64,000 nt of DNA. It comes from an uncultured Methanosarcinaceae archaeon (GTDB lineage Archaea; Halobacteriota; Methanosarcinia; Methanosarcinales; Methanosarcinaceae). Under the pieces are notes generated by a model. It made no database searches. It worked only from the letters and a program-made list of their open reading frames with translations, and had not been told where the DNA came from. How positions within the stretch are numbered: position 1 is the first letter of the stretch; each line of letters starts with the position of its first letter. The stretch is from NCBI GenBank assembly GCA_963833425.1, contig CAWHXP010000016.1:1-64000 (forward strand), in the 5' to 3' direction. The translations under genes were made by a program, and so were the position numbers. This document shows, piece by piece, positions 23,689-35,653 of the stretch.

Positions 23689-24603
23689 ATCTTTTTCCCT
23701 TTCCCTATATATTATTCATCAAAAAAATTAGAAGAGGTTCAATTATGTAGAGACTATTTATCAATCTGCTTCTGAGTATCGTAAAATAGCTTGCTCTTGA
23801 TATCAAGTAACTAGTAGAGTAGTTATAACCACGAACGTTGTTATCTTACGACTCATCCACGAATTTTTAATTCCAAATATCAGCTTCTAGCAAAAGCTCA
23901 GTATAAGTAAGATAAACACCAATTATTATTAAAAAATTTATATTGTCAAAATTTACAATGTTTTGATGTTACATAAAGATAATCTATTAAAAATTTTTTA
24001 AAAATTTGAAGTATTTAAACGATTCAATTATCTTTATTAGATATTTTCAGGTAATGTACCTAGTACTAAGAAAGAAATGACAATTTAATCCCAAGTAACT
24101 CTCCCAAATGATGCATTGACAGCTTTATGCAAAATTTTAGGATCAATGACTGTGTTTGTATTCTCCCCATTTCACGCATGCACAGTTTTTTTTGTCTGAA
24201 AACCTATGCATTAGTGAGAACGATAGAAACATAATCTTTATCAGTAAAACCATCGACTCTACAGTTTATTTTTTATGTGAAAATCAACTGATACAGAGTC
24301 CATCAAAATTTACAAATTTTTAGTTACATTGTCAAATTGGTAATTCCCATAAATTCTGGGATAATCTAGTTCCCAAAAAAAGGACAGAAAACGAGAAATA
24401 CTCAAATATTTTTCACTGCTCATAGTATTATTTACTAAAATTCTGCAAAGGCATGATTTTCGAAGAGCCAGCAAATTTATGTGTTTTTAATGAATACTAT
24501 GAGTCAGTTTTAAAGCTAAATACTTTTTACTTTGTTATGAGTTTTGATTTATCGCAGTTAATTGTTAGGGAAATTATTGTAAATTATGCGATCTCAGAAG
24601 ATA

Positions 24604-25353
24604 TTAAGCAGACTCAGCTGCTTTATTGTATCCTTTGGCCAAGTTTGTATTTACGTGCACTACAGCTTCATTTGTATACTTGTATGCAAAGTCTTCGGTA
24701 ATTATTGGCAGCTTATCAGCATCTGTCTGGGAAGTGATGATCATGCCTGCAGGAATGTACTTATTGTCAGGAATGGTTACACCAATAACTGCTGATTTTG
24801 GCTCAAGTACACAATTGTTTCCTACTGTTGCCTTGAAAACGAGACTTTGAAAGCCAATAAATGTATCATTGCCTACATAAGCCGGACCATGCACCATGGA
24901 CTGGTGAGCAAGAGTAACATTTTCTCCTACATAGACAGCATATTTTTTACCATTGACAGCAACAAGATGCTTTTCGATTGGCTTACCTTGTTCTTCAGTC
25001 GTCTCAAGTCCGTGAATCACAACTCCATCCTGGACATTGCTATCCTTACCTATGAAAACAGGCATTCCTTCGTCACCACGGATAGATGCCATGGGAGAAA
25101 CCATCACATTGGCACCGATTATCACGTCTCCAATGCACGAAGTTTGGGGGTGAATATAAGCTGTGGGATCAATCACAGGATAGATGGACTTAGGATTCCA
25201 GGGTGTTACGGGATTGCTCATGATGTTCGAAAACTTCAACGATGCTATTTGTTTCTCCTTTGCTCCTTCGTAGTGTTGGGCACTCGTGCTCGCGACAATG
25301 GTTAAAAAAATGACTAGAATTAAGAATGTAAATATCTGCTTGTGAAACTTCAT
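24604..25353 (-). CDS. cam: Gamma-class carbonic anhydrase (Cam type, secreted)
   Basis: Signal peptide; NPVTPWNP, SIRGDEG, NVQDGVVIHGLE, LAHQSMVHGP (three His ligands), VHVN..LA.GY; RBS GAGGTG before ATG 25353. Confidence 0.92.
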   Translation of the reverse strand: MKFHKQIFTFLILVIFLTIVASTSAQHYEGAKEKQIASLKFSNIMSNPVTPWNPKSIYPVIDPTAYIHPQTSCIGDVIIGANVMVSPMASIRGDEGMPVFIGKDSNVQDGVVIHGLETTEEQGKPIEKHLVAVNGKKYAVYVGENVTLAHQSMVHGPAYVGNDTFIGFQSLVFKATVGNNCVLEPKSAVIGVTIPDNKYIPAGMIITSQTDADKLPIITEDFAYKYTNEAVVHVNTNLAKGYNKAAESA

Positions 25354-25669
25354 AAAATACACACCTCATTTTTGGAAAAAATTATTGGATCCTCTGTTAA
25401 TCCTCGTTATATAATTCGAATTCACACGATTGAAATGAAAAATCACTAGTATTAAACCTCAAACAGTCCTAATAATGAAAAAACAATGATCCAGATTTAC
25501 CTGATTTTGAAAACTCAAGTGCGTAACAAGTCAAATTGGATCGTTGATCCATTATTATTTGGATTATAACAGGTCCACCACCGTCCATACAATTTTTATT
25601 CACGTATCTACCAAGTTATCCCTCACTTTTTTAATTTATTAATTTTCTTTAAAATATAAAAATGGTGTC

Positions 25670-25745
25670 ATAATTATTTTTAATTAATTGCGCAAAAAAT
25701 AGTTCCGGGATAAAAGTTACTTCTGCATGAAAAATTTTAACATTT
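25670..25745 (-). promoter_or_regulatory. Module B, copy 4 (upstream of cam)
   Basis: Reverse complement aaaatttttcatgcagaagtaacttttatcccggaactattttttgcgcaattaattaaaaataatta. Confidence 0.55.
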
Positions 25746-26210
25746 AACAATATTTAAATATTAATTATGTTTTATAAGCCACCTGCCAAATGCGAAAAGT
25801 AAAACATGATTATGGAAATACTCATTTTAAAGATCCATTGAAATATCCGGAATCCAAAATTGCAGATGAAAATTGTTATTTATATTGTGGATTACAAACC
25901 GGAGATAGGTAAAGGAATTTGAATTACTGGAAGTATAGGGATTCAAATATATTATATGTCTCAGTCGGGTAAAACCAAGTTTCAGTATGATAAATTATAT
26001 TAGGGGAAGTACCTAACAAGTACTCTTTGCAATAAAAGTTAGTATACCCTTATAAGAAAAATCCTATCTTACCGCTGAAGGTTGGCCATATCAGACCCAC
26101 TTAGTATTTAATCCTGCAGCCGCTATAGTTAATGGTATAGCTCTGTTACTGGTATATGTCGAAGATAACAGGGATTTTTCGATATACAAATAAAGATGAT
26201 ATTAAATAAA

Positions 26211-26300
26211 AGAGAATTTCGATAAACCTCTGATTTTCAGAGTCACTAATATCTAGTTTATAAGCATACGACAAAATCAAGGAATTTATCGAAATTTTCT
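26211..26300. mobile_element. ~90-bp MITE (subtype II)
   Basis: AGAGAATTTCGATAAAC ... ATTTATCGAAATTTTCT. Confidence 0.85.
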
Positions 26301-26315
26301 ATAGGCCTAGTTTCT

Positions 26316-27398
26316 CTAGAGACTGTTGTCTACGTTAGCTCCTAAAAGATTGCTTTGATATTTTAGAAATTTCTGCTCTAGTGATTTAAAAACTAACATA
26401 GACTCTTCTTTTAGTGGTGTGAGGAATTCTTTATCGAATTTTACATTATAAAGTGTTCTAACTTTAGGCATCTGGTCGATTGGCAAATTAAACGCTCCTT
26501 CAAAATTAGCCCCTTCAAGGTTAGCTCCTTCAAGGTTAGCTCCTTCAAGGTTAGCCATAAAAAAATTAGCTTTCCTAAGGTTGGCTTCTCTAAGGTTAGC
26601 TCCTTCAAGGTTAGCTCCTTTAAAGTTCGCTCCTTCAAGGATAGATTCTCTAAGGTTAGCTCCTTCAAGGTTAGCCCCTTCAAAGTTCGCTCCTTCAAGA
26701 ATGGTTTCTTCAAGGTTAGCTCCTTCAAGGTTAGCCATAAAAAGATTAGCTTCTCTAAGGTTAGCCATAAAAAGATCAGCTCCTTGGAGATTAGCTCCTG
26801 TAAGATTAGCTTTTTCAAGCTCAGTTCCCACAAGATTAGCCCCCGCAAGTAGAGCTAAATCAAGATCTGCCCCTTCAAGATTAGTTTCTCTAAGATCAGC
26901 TCTCTCAAGATTTGTTCCCATAAGGTTAGCTCTTTTAAGGTCAGCCCCATGAAGATTAGCTTTTATCAAATAGGTTGCTTTTAAATCAGCTTCTCTAAGG
27001 TTAGCTCCTTCAAGGATAGCCCCTTCAAAGCTAGCTCCTTCAAAATCAGCCATAAAAAGATTGGCTCCTTCAAGAATAGCTCCTCCAAAGTTTGCTCCTT
27101 CAAGGATAGCTTCTTCAAGGTTAGCTCCTTCAAGGTTAGCCATAAAAAGATTAGCTCCTCTAAGGTTAGCCAAAAAAAGGTTAGCTCCTCGGAGATTAGC
27201 TCCTGTCAGATTGGCTTTTTCAAGTTTAGTCCCCATAAGGTCAGCCCCTGAAAGGATAGCCCAATCAAGATCAGCTCCTTCAAGGTTAGTTTCTCTGAGA
27301 TTAGCTCCTGTAAGATTAGTTTTTTCAAGGTTAGCTTTTTCGAGGTTAATTCTATTAAGATTAACCCCAAAAAGGTTAATTTCGCCAAGATCAATCAT
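26316..27398 (-). CDS. Pentapeptide-repeat protein
   Basis: Long run of ANLEG/ANLRE repeats; GAGG RBS before ATG 27398. Confidence 0.9.
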   Translation of the reverse strand: MIDLGEINLFGVNLNRINLEKANLEKTNLTGANLRETNLEGADLDWAILSGADLMGTKLEKANLTGANLRGANLFLANLRGANLFMANLEGANLEEAILEGANFGGAILEGANLFMADFEGASFEGAILEGANLREADLKATYLIKANLHGADLKRANLMGTNLERADLRETNLEGADLDLALLAGANLVGTELEKANLTGANLQGADLFMANLREANLFMANLEGANLEETILEGANFEGANLEGANLRESILEGANFKGANLEGANLREANLRKANFFMANLEGANLEGANLEGANFEGAFNLPIDQMPKVRTLYNVKFDKEFLTPLKEESMLVFKSLEQKFLKYQSNLLGANVDNSL

Positions 27399-27584
27399 AC
27401 AATAACCTCTTTCTTTTATCACGAAATACTTCCTTTATTGATTTTTGTATCATTGTAAACTATAATCAACGACTATTCAAGCATAGCCAGATAAATAATT
27501 GTTAGTAAGCGTTGGAAAATTCCAAGCTGTGGATGGGCATGATCTAGACTAATATACTGGTAGCAAAAATAATTTAAAAGGGGG

Positions 27585-27610
27585 AAAAAAACGGAAGAAT
27601 TATCTTCCGT
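27585..27610 (-). terminator. Hairpin plus U-tract
   Basis: Minus strand acggaaga-taat-tcttccgt-tttttt. Confidence 0.55.
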
Positions 27611-27774
27611 ATATTGTAGATCCAAATACAATTGCTACGAATAGATATTTTTTAAATACATTAATTCGGAAGATTACTAATGTGTTTCAGACAGTTCTTA
27701 ACTTAGTTTTCGTATCTATAACTGACCCTCTTTGGTCTGCTAGCTTTCTTAACAATATACAATTGTTCTTATCT

Positions 27775-27845
27775 TTATTTTAAATTACTTATTAAAAAAA
27801 TAATTCCAGAAAGAAAGTTATTTCTGCATAAAATTTTTTAACACT
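27775..27845 (-). promoter_or_regulatory. Module B, copy 5
   Basis: Reverse complement aaaaattttatgcagaaataactttctttctggaattatttttttaataagtaatttaaaataaa. Confidence 0.5.
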
Positions 27846-27973
27846 GAAAAACAATTTAACATTAATGATATTTCATTATTCCCAGAAAAGTCGTAAAATC
27901 TGCATCGTAGTTCCTCTAAAAAGCTGTGCAGATTAATTCTATACAAGATCCTGGTCTGCCCCTGAATTATTAT

Positions 27974-28064
27974 AAAAAATTACGATAAACCCTTGAATAT
28001 TATCATATGCTTAGAAATAATACATCAGTGACTCATAAAAATCAGATGCTTATTGAAAATCCAT
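27974..28064. mobile_element. ~90-bp MITE (subtype II, degenerate)
   Basis: aaattacgataaaccc ... gcttattgaaaatcc; interior matches 57821 copy. Confidence 0.65.
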
Positions 28065-29370
28065 ATCTATCGATATTTTTTGAAGCAATATTTTTATGAT
28101 AGCATATTTTTATGCACAGTTTTTGTACTAAACTTTCTGAGTCTCCTCAATTCGCTCAAAATCAGAAAAAGTTGTGATCTACGGCTCATGGAGCTTATTG
28201 GATTGATAGGCCATATGGTAAATATGAAACATCTGAAATTAATTAAGCAACGTCACAAACATGAATAGAAAAATAAGACTAAAAATAATGACATCTTACT
28301 CTAAACAAAACTAAAAACATGAACAAACTGAATCCGAAACTCAATTTTCGGCACCATAGTCCAACTTAATATATTCCTAACAAATTTCACGATTTTTTAA
28401 CTCTTAGTAGAAAAGAATTTCTTAATATGTTTAGCCATAAAGTTTACGTTTTTAGATAGGAAATATCAGTGGAATAACAATCTTTCATCACAAAAGTTGC
28501 TGTTATGATCTGTGGAATCAGGACTACGTACATTTGAAGCTAACTAGTAAAATGATTACGATAATAGAGAATGTGCAAAAAATAAATTGGATATCATGTT
28601 CAGCTAATATATTATATCTATAAATGCACTCTGGCATAGATCCATAAATAGAATGTTTCAGTGTATTTATTATCAAAAGTGAAAAATTGCCTAGGAACTC
28701 TCCGGCGAGATTAGCGAGCTGCAAAATCTCAAGGATCAAGAACCACAACATCTTTTAAAATAAAAAAATTTTTATTTTTCAGAACTTGCACTCAAATTTC
28801 ATAAATTTTTTATCCTGTAAGAAATAAAAGCAGCTTCGTGAATTTGTTATAAATTCAAAGCCAAATTTCGATTTACTTTGTTTAATCTGTTCCTCTGATC
28901 AGGATCTCCTACTAAATAATTTTTTAATATTTCTGATTTTACAGAACTTTCGGTACACTATCTAAGTTAGTAGTGTGCATAATTTTCTGTAAAATTTCCT
29001 ATGTGAACTCTAATCTTCTTTTTGATCGCTATCCTCTTATCATATCTTGTTTCCTAGGATCCTAGATAGGGACTTAATTTAATATGAAACAACACTTTAC
29101 CTTTTCATTATTCTGGGATTTAGGTAAAACCGATGTATTTTCCCAAATTTAGATAAAAATGCCCTAGAGTTTCGAATTAAACTTAGAAAATGCATAGATT
29201 TTCATACAAAACAAACTATGTATCAGAAATAACAATAACTCCTATTTTTTTGCGGCAAGAAAAATAATACAGAGCCAGTCTGAATTTACATAAACCTTTA
29301 GTACACTGCTATAATTGGTTGAAAACGCAGAAAGATATCCTATTAACTGCTTTTAGTAACTAACTCTCAA

Positions 29371-29461
29371 AGAGGATTTCGATAAACTTTTTACCTCCAC
29401 GGATCATTTATATACCATGTATCAGTATCTGACAAAATTTAAGGGTTCATCGAAAGCTTCC
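29371..29461. mobile_element. ~90-bp MITE (subtype II)
   Basis: AGAGGATTTCGATAAAC ... GGTTCATCGAAAGCTTCC. Confidence 0.75.
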
Positions 29462-29940
29462 ATGACCGAGTTTTACTCATCTGAAGTTCCTTTAAAAATA
29501 GGTCATAAAAGTTAAAATCGCAGAACCCTATTATATAGCTTTGAGTATTTTATCCATTTTCCGTACTCTTTGAATTCTTTTGGATAGGAAGTCACCCCTG
29601 AATTGGGCTATCCATCATACCTGAAAACCTGCGCATCCTCGGCAAAAATTTGCTGGAATCCATACTAAAGACAGTCTTTGAGACGTACAAGTAGAAAAAT
29701 CCTAAAACTAACTGGCAGGCTTACTATTTTGAAAAGAAAGCGATACTTCATAAGGGTACTGCGCACGCTTTCAGCTAGCATTTCAAGAGAACCAGTAATC
29801 TTTACGGGATCATTCGTATCTTGCTCAAATGTCCATTTCTGATTATCAAATATGATCCTTCTTTTCCCTCGACCTCTCCTTATTAAATTTCTTTTGCTTT
29901 TCCCAGGTATTTTCTGGCTTCGTAGGAAAAATAGTAATTA

Positions 29941-32900
29941 TTAAAAGGACAAAACTGTGTATAAATACAATAATACCGATGTAAAAAACAATAATCCCCA
30001 GATAACTTTACTGCCAACAAATACCCTTTTGCCCTCAAATGGACTAAAAGGAAATAGACAAAAAGTGCATAAAGCCAGATTTGGAAATGCACCGGCTAAT
30101 GCAAACCATTTGGAATTAAAATATAGACTAATTAACAGCACAAGTATCCCCACTATTAAATTAAACATTGAGCCCGAAGATGCAACAATAGCATCTTTTC
30201 GAGAATTTTTAAATGTATATGAAATCTTGGTGCCTCCTGGTACTGGAACAACAAAGCCAAAAATTCCTGATAAAATGGTAATAACGGTACCTATTGGAGA
30301 CAATTCGAAAACTGACTTCCCTTCAACACTTTTAAGCGATAACCTGATAGCTAAATCATGACCGATTTCGGCTATCATCGCAAACACGGCCAGACATAGT
30401 AAAAATGTAATTGGGCTCACGCTTTCATAATCGATTTCATTAAAATGACGTATTTCTGTAACAACAAAAGCGAAGAAGATCGCACCGCCTGCGATAAACA
30501 AATTTTTAAATTCTTCTAATAATAGGATGGCTTCAATTTCTTTCTCTTCTTTAAAAATAAATGCCATTAGTCCGCCTTGTGTTTTACCTCCACTTGAAAA
30601 TATTTTCCCCAATAGACCCTTGCTTGAAAATATTTTTTCTAGTATTCCTAGTATTTTCCCTTCAAGTTCTTCAAAGCCGAGTTTACCCAAAAGTTGCATA
30701 AATTCTTTAAGAATATCAGTCAATTTCTCTAGAAATTCCGTAAGAATTTCTTTGAATTTATCCAGAACTGACAGTATTCCTTCACTTAGCTTACTCCCAA
30801 TTTGGGAAAGTTTTGTAATAATTATACCAAGTATTTTTGAACGTTTTCGTAGTCTATTCAACGTGGAGTTATCTGCTTGTAATCCCTGTGCCATCATTCC
30901 GGCTGATGCGAGAATTAAAGTTGTGCCAACTGCCACTGCTCCAGAGGTAGCTTCAGGTGAGGAGGCAACGTTGGATAAAAATGTTTGTTGAGTTGGTATA
31001 GCGTTCTCCCGTGAAAAGCTATAGATAGTATTATCCGCAGAACCGACATAGACCACACCTTCAGAGTGTGTTACAACAGGTGATGAGGAATCATCATCTC
31101 CTTTCAAAGAATACAAGAGTTCCTTTGTGGTTGTATATTTCCATAACAAACCAAGAGGAGCTACAACAACTTCATTATAAGCACCAGTATGCGATGGATC
31201 ATGACCCAACATCCACCATTCCCCAGCAGTCTTTAGAGTCACTATTATCATCGATTCAGATGTTTTTCCAGAGACTTCAGTCACTTTAGCAATTATTTTA
31301 TTGGGGCCTGGGTGGAGAGTTAGACTTTTGGTCCAAGAAGTCGTACCTGATGCAAGCTGCCAGGGTCCATCGTCTACTTTAACTTCTACCTTGTTTGTAT
31401 TCTCTGAAGCAGTCCCACTTACAGTTATAGTGTTTGAGGTAAAATTTTCACCATTATTTGGAGATAAGATTGAGATTGTAGGAGTCAAAGTCATTAGGGG
31501 CAAGTTTGCCATTGAAGATTTAGAAATACTCCCAGAGACAATGGGTGCTCCTCCAGTACCGCCTGATGTGTTAATTACAGGAACGTTTTCGATGTTTTCG
31601 TTAGTTCCGGCTTCTCCTGCTGCTGACCCTCCTACACCAGCTACTGATCCTGCACCAGATCCTGATCCTGCACCAGATCCTGATCCTGCACCAGATCCTC
31701 CTGCTCCAGCCCCTCCTTCTCCTCCTGTACCTTTAACAGCACCTTCTCCTACGGTACCCTCTATTGGGTTTCTAATTGCTCCAGAATTTGCAACTGCAAC
31801 TGCTATCGCATCTTCCTTGATATGCCCCAATTCGTTATGCATCCCAGGCCCCAAAATAGTATTTGTAATACCAACCGATATCCCTGTAACTGGATCCGTG
31901 GAATTGCCGGTGATTGAAGGTGCAGTATAGGTATATTGATCGCTTGGTGAAGTAGCGCTTGTGCCAGCGGGTGTAGTGACAGTGACGTCAACGGTTCCAG
32001 TTCCAGAAGGAGCAGTCCCAGTGATCTGGGTATCAGAGAGAACAGTAAAAGGAGTAGAGGCATTGGTTCCAAAGTCGACTAATGTAGTTCCAGTAAAACC
32101 TGTCCCAAATATATTTACCGAGGTACCACCATCAGCAGGGCCACTTGTAGGTGAGATGCTGGTGACAATTGGAGGAACGTTACCTATAAACTGTCCGAAG
32201 GCAACAGGACTGCTGCTTATATTTACAGTGTCATAGACAGTGTTGGTTGCTGTGTTAATTACAGAGACATTATTGTCGTAATCGTTGACAACATACGCCT
32301 TTGTTCCATCTGACGTAACCGAAACTCCCATAGGACTGTTTCCTACAGGCACCATAGCTATAATGCTGTTTGTAGATGTGTTAATTACAGAGACAGTGTT
32401 GCCGGGAAAATAGTAGCTGCCGTGGTTAGTCACATATATAGTTGATCTATCTGGAGTAACTGCAACGCCATAAGGTGAGTTTAATCCATATATTGTGGCT
32501 TTAATACTGTTTGTATATGTGTTAATCACAGAAGCGGTGTTGTTGCCATAGTTTGTCACATATGCATTTGCTCCAATAGGTGTGACTGCAACTCCCCAAG
32601 GTCCATTTCCTACATTTATTGTTGAGTTTTTAGGGTCAAGAGCGTTAGTTTTAGTATCAATTACTGAAACAGTGCCACTGCCAAAGTTCACCACGTAAGC
32701 ATATTTTCCATCTGGGGTGACTGCAACTTCATAAGGATCATTTCCCACATTTACATTGGCATAGGCAGTGTTGTTTGTTGTGCTGATTACAGAGACATTG
32801 TTACTGCCGGAGTTTGCTACAATACGGTTGATCCATCAGGTGTGACTGCAACTCCTTCAGGAAAATTTCCTACATTTATACTGTAATAGGCAGTATTGTT

Positions 32901-33433
32901 TGTTGTGTTAATTATAGAAACAGTGCCTTTATATTCGTAAGAGTTAGCCACATATACAGTTGATCCATCGGGTGTGACTGCAACTCCACGAGGACCACTT
33001 CCTAAAAAGGAACCAGTTACGCTAGATGTAACGTTGTTTGTAGATGTGTTGATTACTGAGACGTTGCCACTACCAGGGTTTGTCACATATACATTTGATC
33101 CATCAGGTGTGACTGCAACTCCTACAGGAAAGTTTCCTACATTTATACTGTAATAGGCAGTGTTGTTTGTCGTGTTAATTACAGAGACAGTATTGCTGTT
33201 GTAGTTCGATACATATACTTTTGATCCATCAGGTGTGACTGCAACTCCGTAAGGATTATTTAACCCACTCACTGTGGCTGTAACATCGTTTGTTGCAGTG
33301 TCAATTACAGAAACATTGTTGCTGCCCGAGTTTGTAATATATGCAAATGGTGCAGCGCCCGCTATACTCACCAACATAAAAACCAAAGCTGTTGAAACTA
33401 AGGCTATCGAACACAACTTTTTTTTATTTATCA
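29941..33433 (-). pseudogene. Large surface protein: signal, YVTN propeller, IPT/TIG, Gly linker, Ig-like, PQQ-like fragment, degenerate M50-like membrane domain; 1-nt deletion near 32820
   Basis: ORFs 32817-33518 and 29941-32748 join (GSTVYVANSG) if one A is restored; SISPTSGP..GGTSV.I.GTGF IPT motif; WWMLGHDPSHTG; C-terminal TMs. Confidence 0.85.
31645..31698 (-). repeat. 18-bp tandem repeat x3 encoding GSGAGS linker
   Basis: tgatcctgcaccagatcc x3. Confidence 0.95.
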
Positions 33434-34543
33434 TGTATTTTCTCTCTTTTTTCAAAATATTTTTTATTAAAAAATTAGAAAATATTATATTCGATATAGA
33501 ATAGTTATCAATCTGCATCGTAATATTCTAGCACTGCAGCGCTTCACATCGAATTAACTAGTATTATAATGACCACGAAATTTGTTATCTACCTACTCAT
33601 CCGTTCATTTACTGATCACGAATATCAAAATTTAGTGAAAGCACAACAAAATAAGATAAATGCTGATACTCAGAAATAAATTTAATACTGTGATGATTTA
33701 TAATGATTTTCTATTACACATATTTAACTTATTAATAATTTTTCAAATGTTTAGGAATTTATACTACTCGCTTATTCTTATAGAATATATGAAAATTTCA
33801 ATTTTTAGCTGATTGTTTATAAGGCCTATAAAAGTAATTTGTGGAAACTGGAATTTAACAAAAATTTTATTGCTAAAAATTTTAATGAAATTTACAATCT
33901 ATTAAAGGTAAGTATTAATCTGAAAAATCCAGTTATTCCAAATTTTTCTATGTCAATAGACAAATGAAGAGCCTTTAGATTGAGAAAAATTAAATGGTCA
34001 ATATTTGACTAAATTCAATTATATGATTGCCTAAATCAATGTATCAATGTGATTTCAGATTTTTCAGCACTGAGTCTACAAACACATTACAGCCACAAAC
34101 TCTGTTACCACGGTGCCTATAATCACGGTTTCAATTGATGGTGGTTACGTTCCAATAGACCCTCCATAACTTCATATTCCTCCACCCCACAACTGTTTTT
34201 TTAATTTAAGGGAATTATTTTGAAGATTTCTCTGATTGTTATTCTCTTAATAATCTACATAACTCTTGAAGGAGAATACTTTGACTCAGCTCCAACAAAA
34301 AGATGTACTTAATCATCATAGCCAATTGCATCAATCAAAAGAATATCTCTCCCCAACCTCAAAGTATAGTCTTTTAAAAAAATAAATGCATCATCATTTG
34401 AAAGGTTTTTACGGTATATTCATAAAAAAGCATGTGATATCAAATTTTAGACACAATTGTTTGCATGGCTGAATTCTATATAAGCAAGGAGATTTAAAAA
34501 TATAAATCCGTTATTTAACAAAGGTTACCGGGGAAGTTTCCAT

Positions 34544-34563
34544 CCCCGCAGCAAGCTGCGGGG
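34544..34563. repeat. GC-rich perfect hairpin resembling an IS200/IS605-type end palindrome
   Basis: ccccgcagc-aa-gctgcgggg followed by tattcga; about 22 nt past the stop at 34586. Confidence 0.6.
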
Positions 34564-34585
34564 TATTCGAATGAAATTAATTTGG

Positions 34586-35653
34586 TTAAATTCCCAGTCT
34601 GGAATGTTCTTTAAGCCAGAATACTATTACACCTAACCCAATAAACAGTGCAATTAGATTTATAAGCCCTCCCAGGAAAGGAATTTCGGATATAATTGCA
34701 AATATAACTGCTCCGATAAGGAAATAAATCATTTTCCCTGCCTCTTTTTTGAGGATCTTGTTATAGATTATCTCACCTATAATCAATTTTACAGGTACTG
34801 TTGCAATAAGTAAGGCAAGTAACATGAGCAGAATCAACAAAACTGATAGGCTCCACCCTAACATAGTAATTAGCAAGATTATCGCTAGTATCGGAAGGAA
34901 GATCAGAGTTAGAAGGCCCAGAAATCCAGCTTTTAATGCTGAATCTCTTATAATTTCAGTAAGCCTACTTACAAACTGCGGGAATAGATAGATCAGGACA
35001 AAACCTATAACAAGAGACGCAAGCAACTTGATAATAAACCAGAAAGCACTAAATCCTCCAAAAGCTGTTGGATGCTGTTTTTCTGTCTCATTTCTCGCTG
35101 TGACATTTAGGTTTCCTCTGACATTGTCTTTAAGATTAGAGGGGTAATTTTTAGCCTCAAGTTCAAGGTTTCCTTTAAGCTTGAAGTTGTCTCCGGTTTG
35201 AAGAGTATCTGCGGATACTTTTCCATCCCCATTAACGATTCCATTGAGGGTTATATTTCCTCCGCCAAGCAAGATATCACCATTGACTACGCTGTTCCGG
35301 GAAAGGATAATCGCGCCTCCGATAGCTACCACATCTTTGTCTACATTTCCATTTACTTGTATAGAGCCTCCAGCTGCGATAATATTTCCTGAAACATTTC
35401 CATTAACAGTTAACTCTTCACCTGCACCAATGAAATCATGAACGACATTTCCATTAATCTCAAGTCTGGAGCCTGCAAGCAATAAATCTCCTTGAATATC
35501 CTGATTAATCTGGAGTTTATGACCAGCACCAAATAAGTTTCCTGAGCTTGTTTTATGGAAGAAATCGTCTCCACTCGTAGCTCCTGCTGGATAAAGCAGG
35601 GCAGCAAAAAGCACTAAAAGCAGAATAAGACCTGATAACAATTTATTTTCCAT
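34586..35653 (-). CDS. Bactofilin-like (polymer-forming) beta-helix protein with C-terminal membrane domain
   Basis: Signal peptide; repeated (I/V)NGNV.GD...AGG; about 4 TM helices ending IPFLGGLI. Confidence 0.8.
   Translation of the reverse strand: MENKLLSGLILLLVLFAALLYPAGATSGDDFFHKTSSGNLFGAGHKLQINQDIQGDLLLAGSRLEINGNVVHDFIGAGEELTVNGNVSGNIIAAGGSIQVNGNVDKDVVAIGGAIILSRNSVVNGDILLGGGNITLNGIVNGDGKVSADTLQTGDNFKLKGNLELEAKNYPSNLKDNVRGNLNVTARNETEKQHPTAFGGFSAFWFIIKLLASLVIGFVLIYLFPQFVSRLTEIIRDSALKAGFLGLLTLIFLPILAIILLITMLGWSLSVLLILLMLLALLIATVPVKLIIGEIIYNKILKKEAGKMIYFLIGAVIFAIISEIPFLGGLINLIALFIGLGVIVFWLKEHSRLGI

Noticed and set aside
26441..27405. Overlapping and antisense ORFs (RLAPS and LKELT repeats), and similar shadows on YVTN, hisF, bzaF, cam
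   Set aside because: Alternative-frame shadows of real genes
26316..27422. CRISPR-like or DGR-like repeat array
   Set aside because: The 15-bp periodicity is coding pentapeptide repeat; no unique spacers, cas genes or reverse transcriptase
24105..29315. Possible third MITE family (24105-24345 and 29185-29315, end CTTTAGTACACTG)
   Set aside because: Similarity is weak in AT-rich DNA; ends could not be defined by eye
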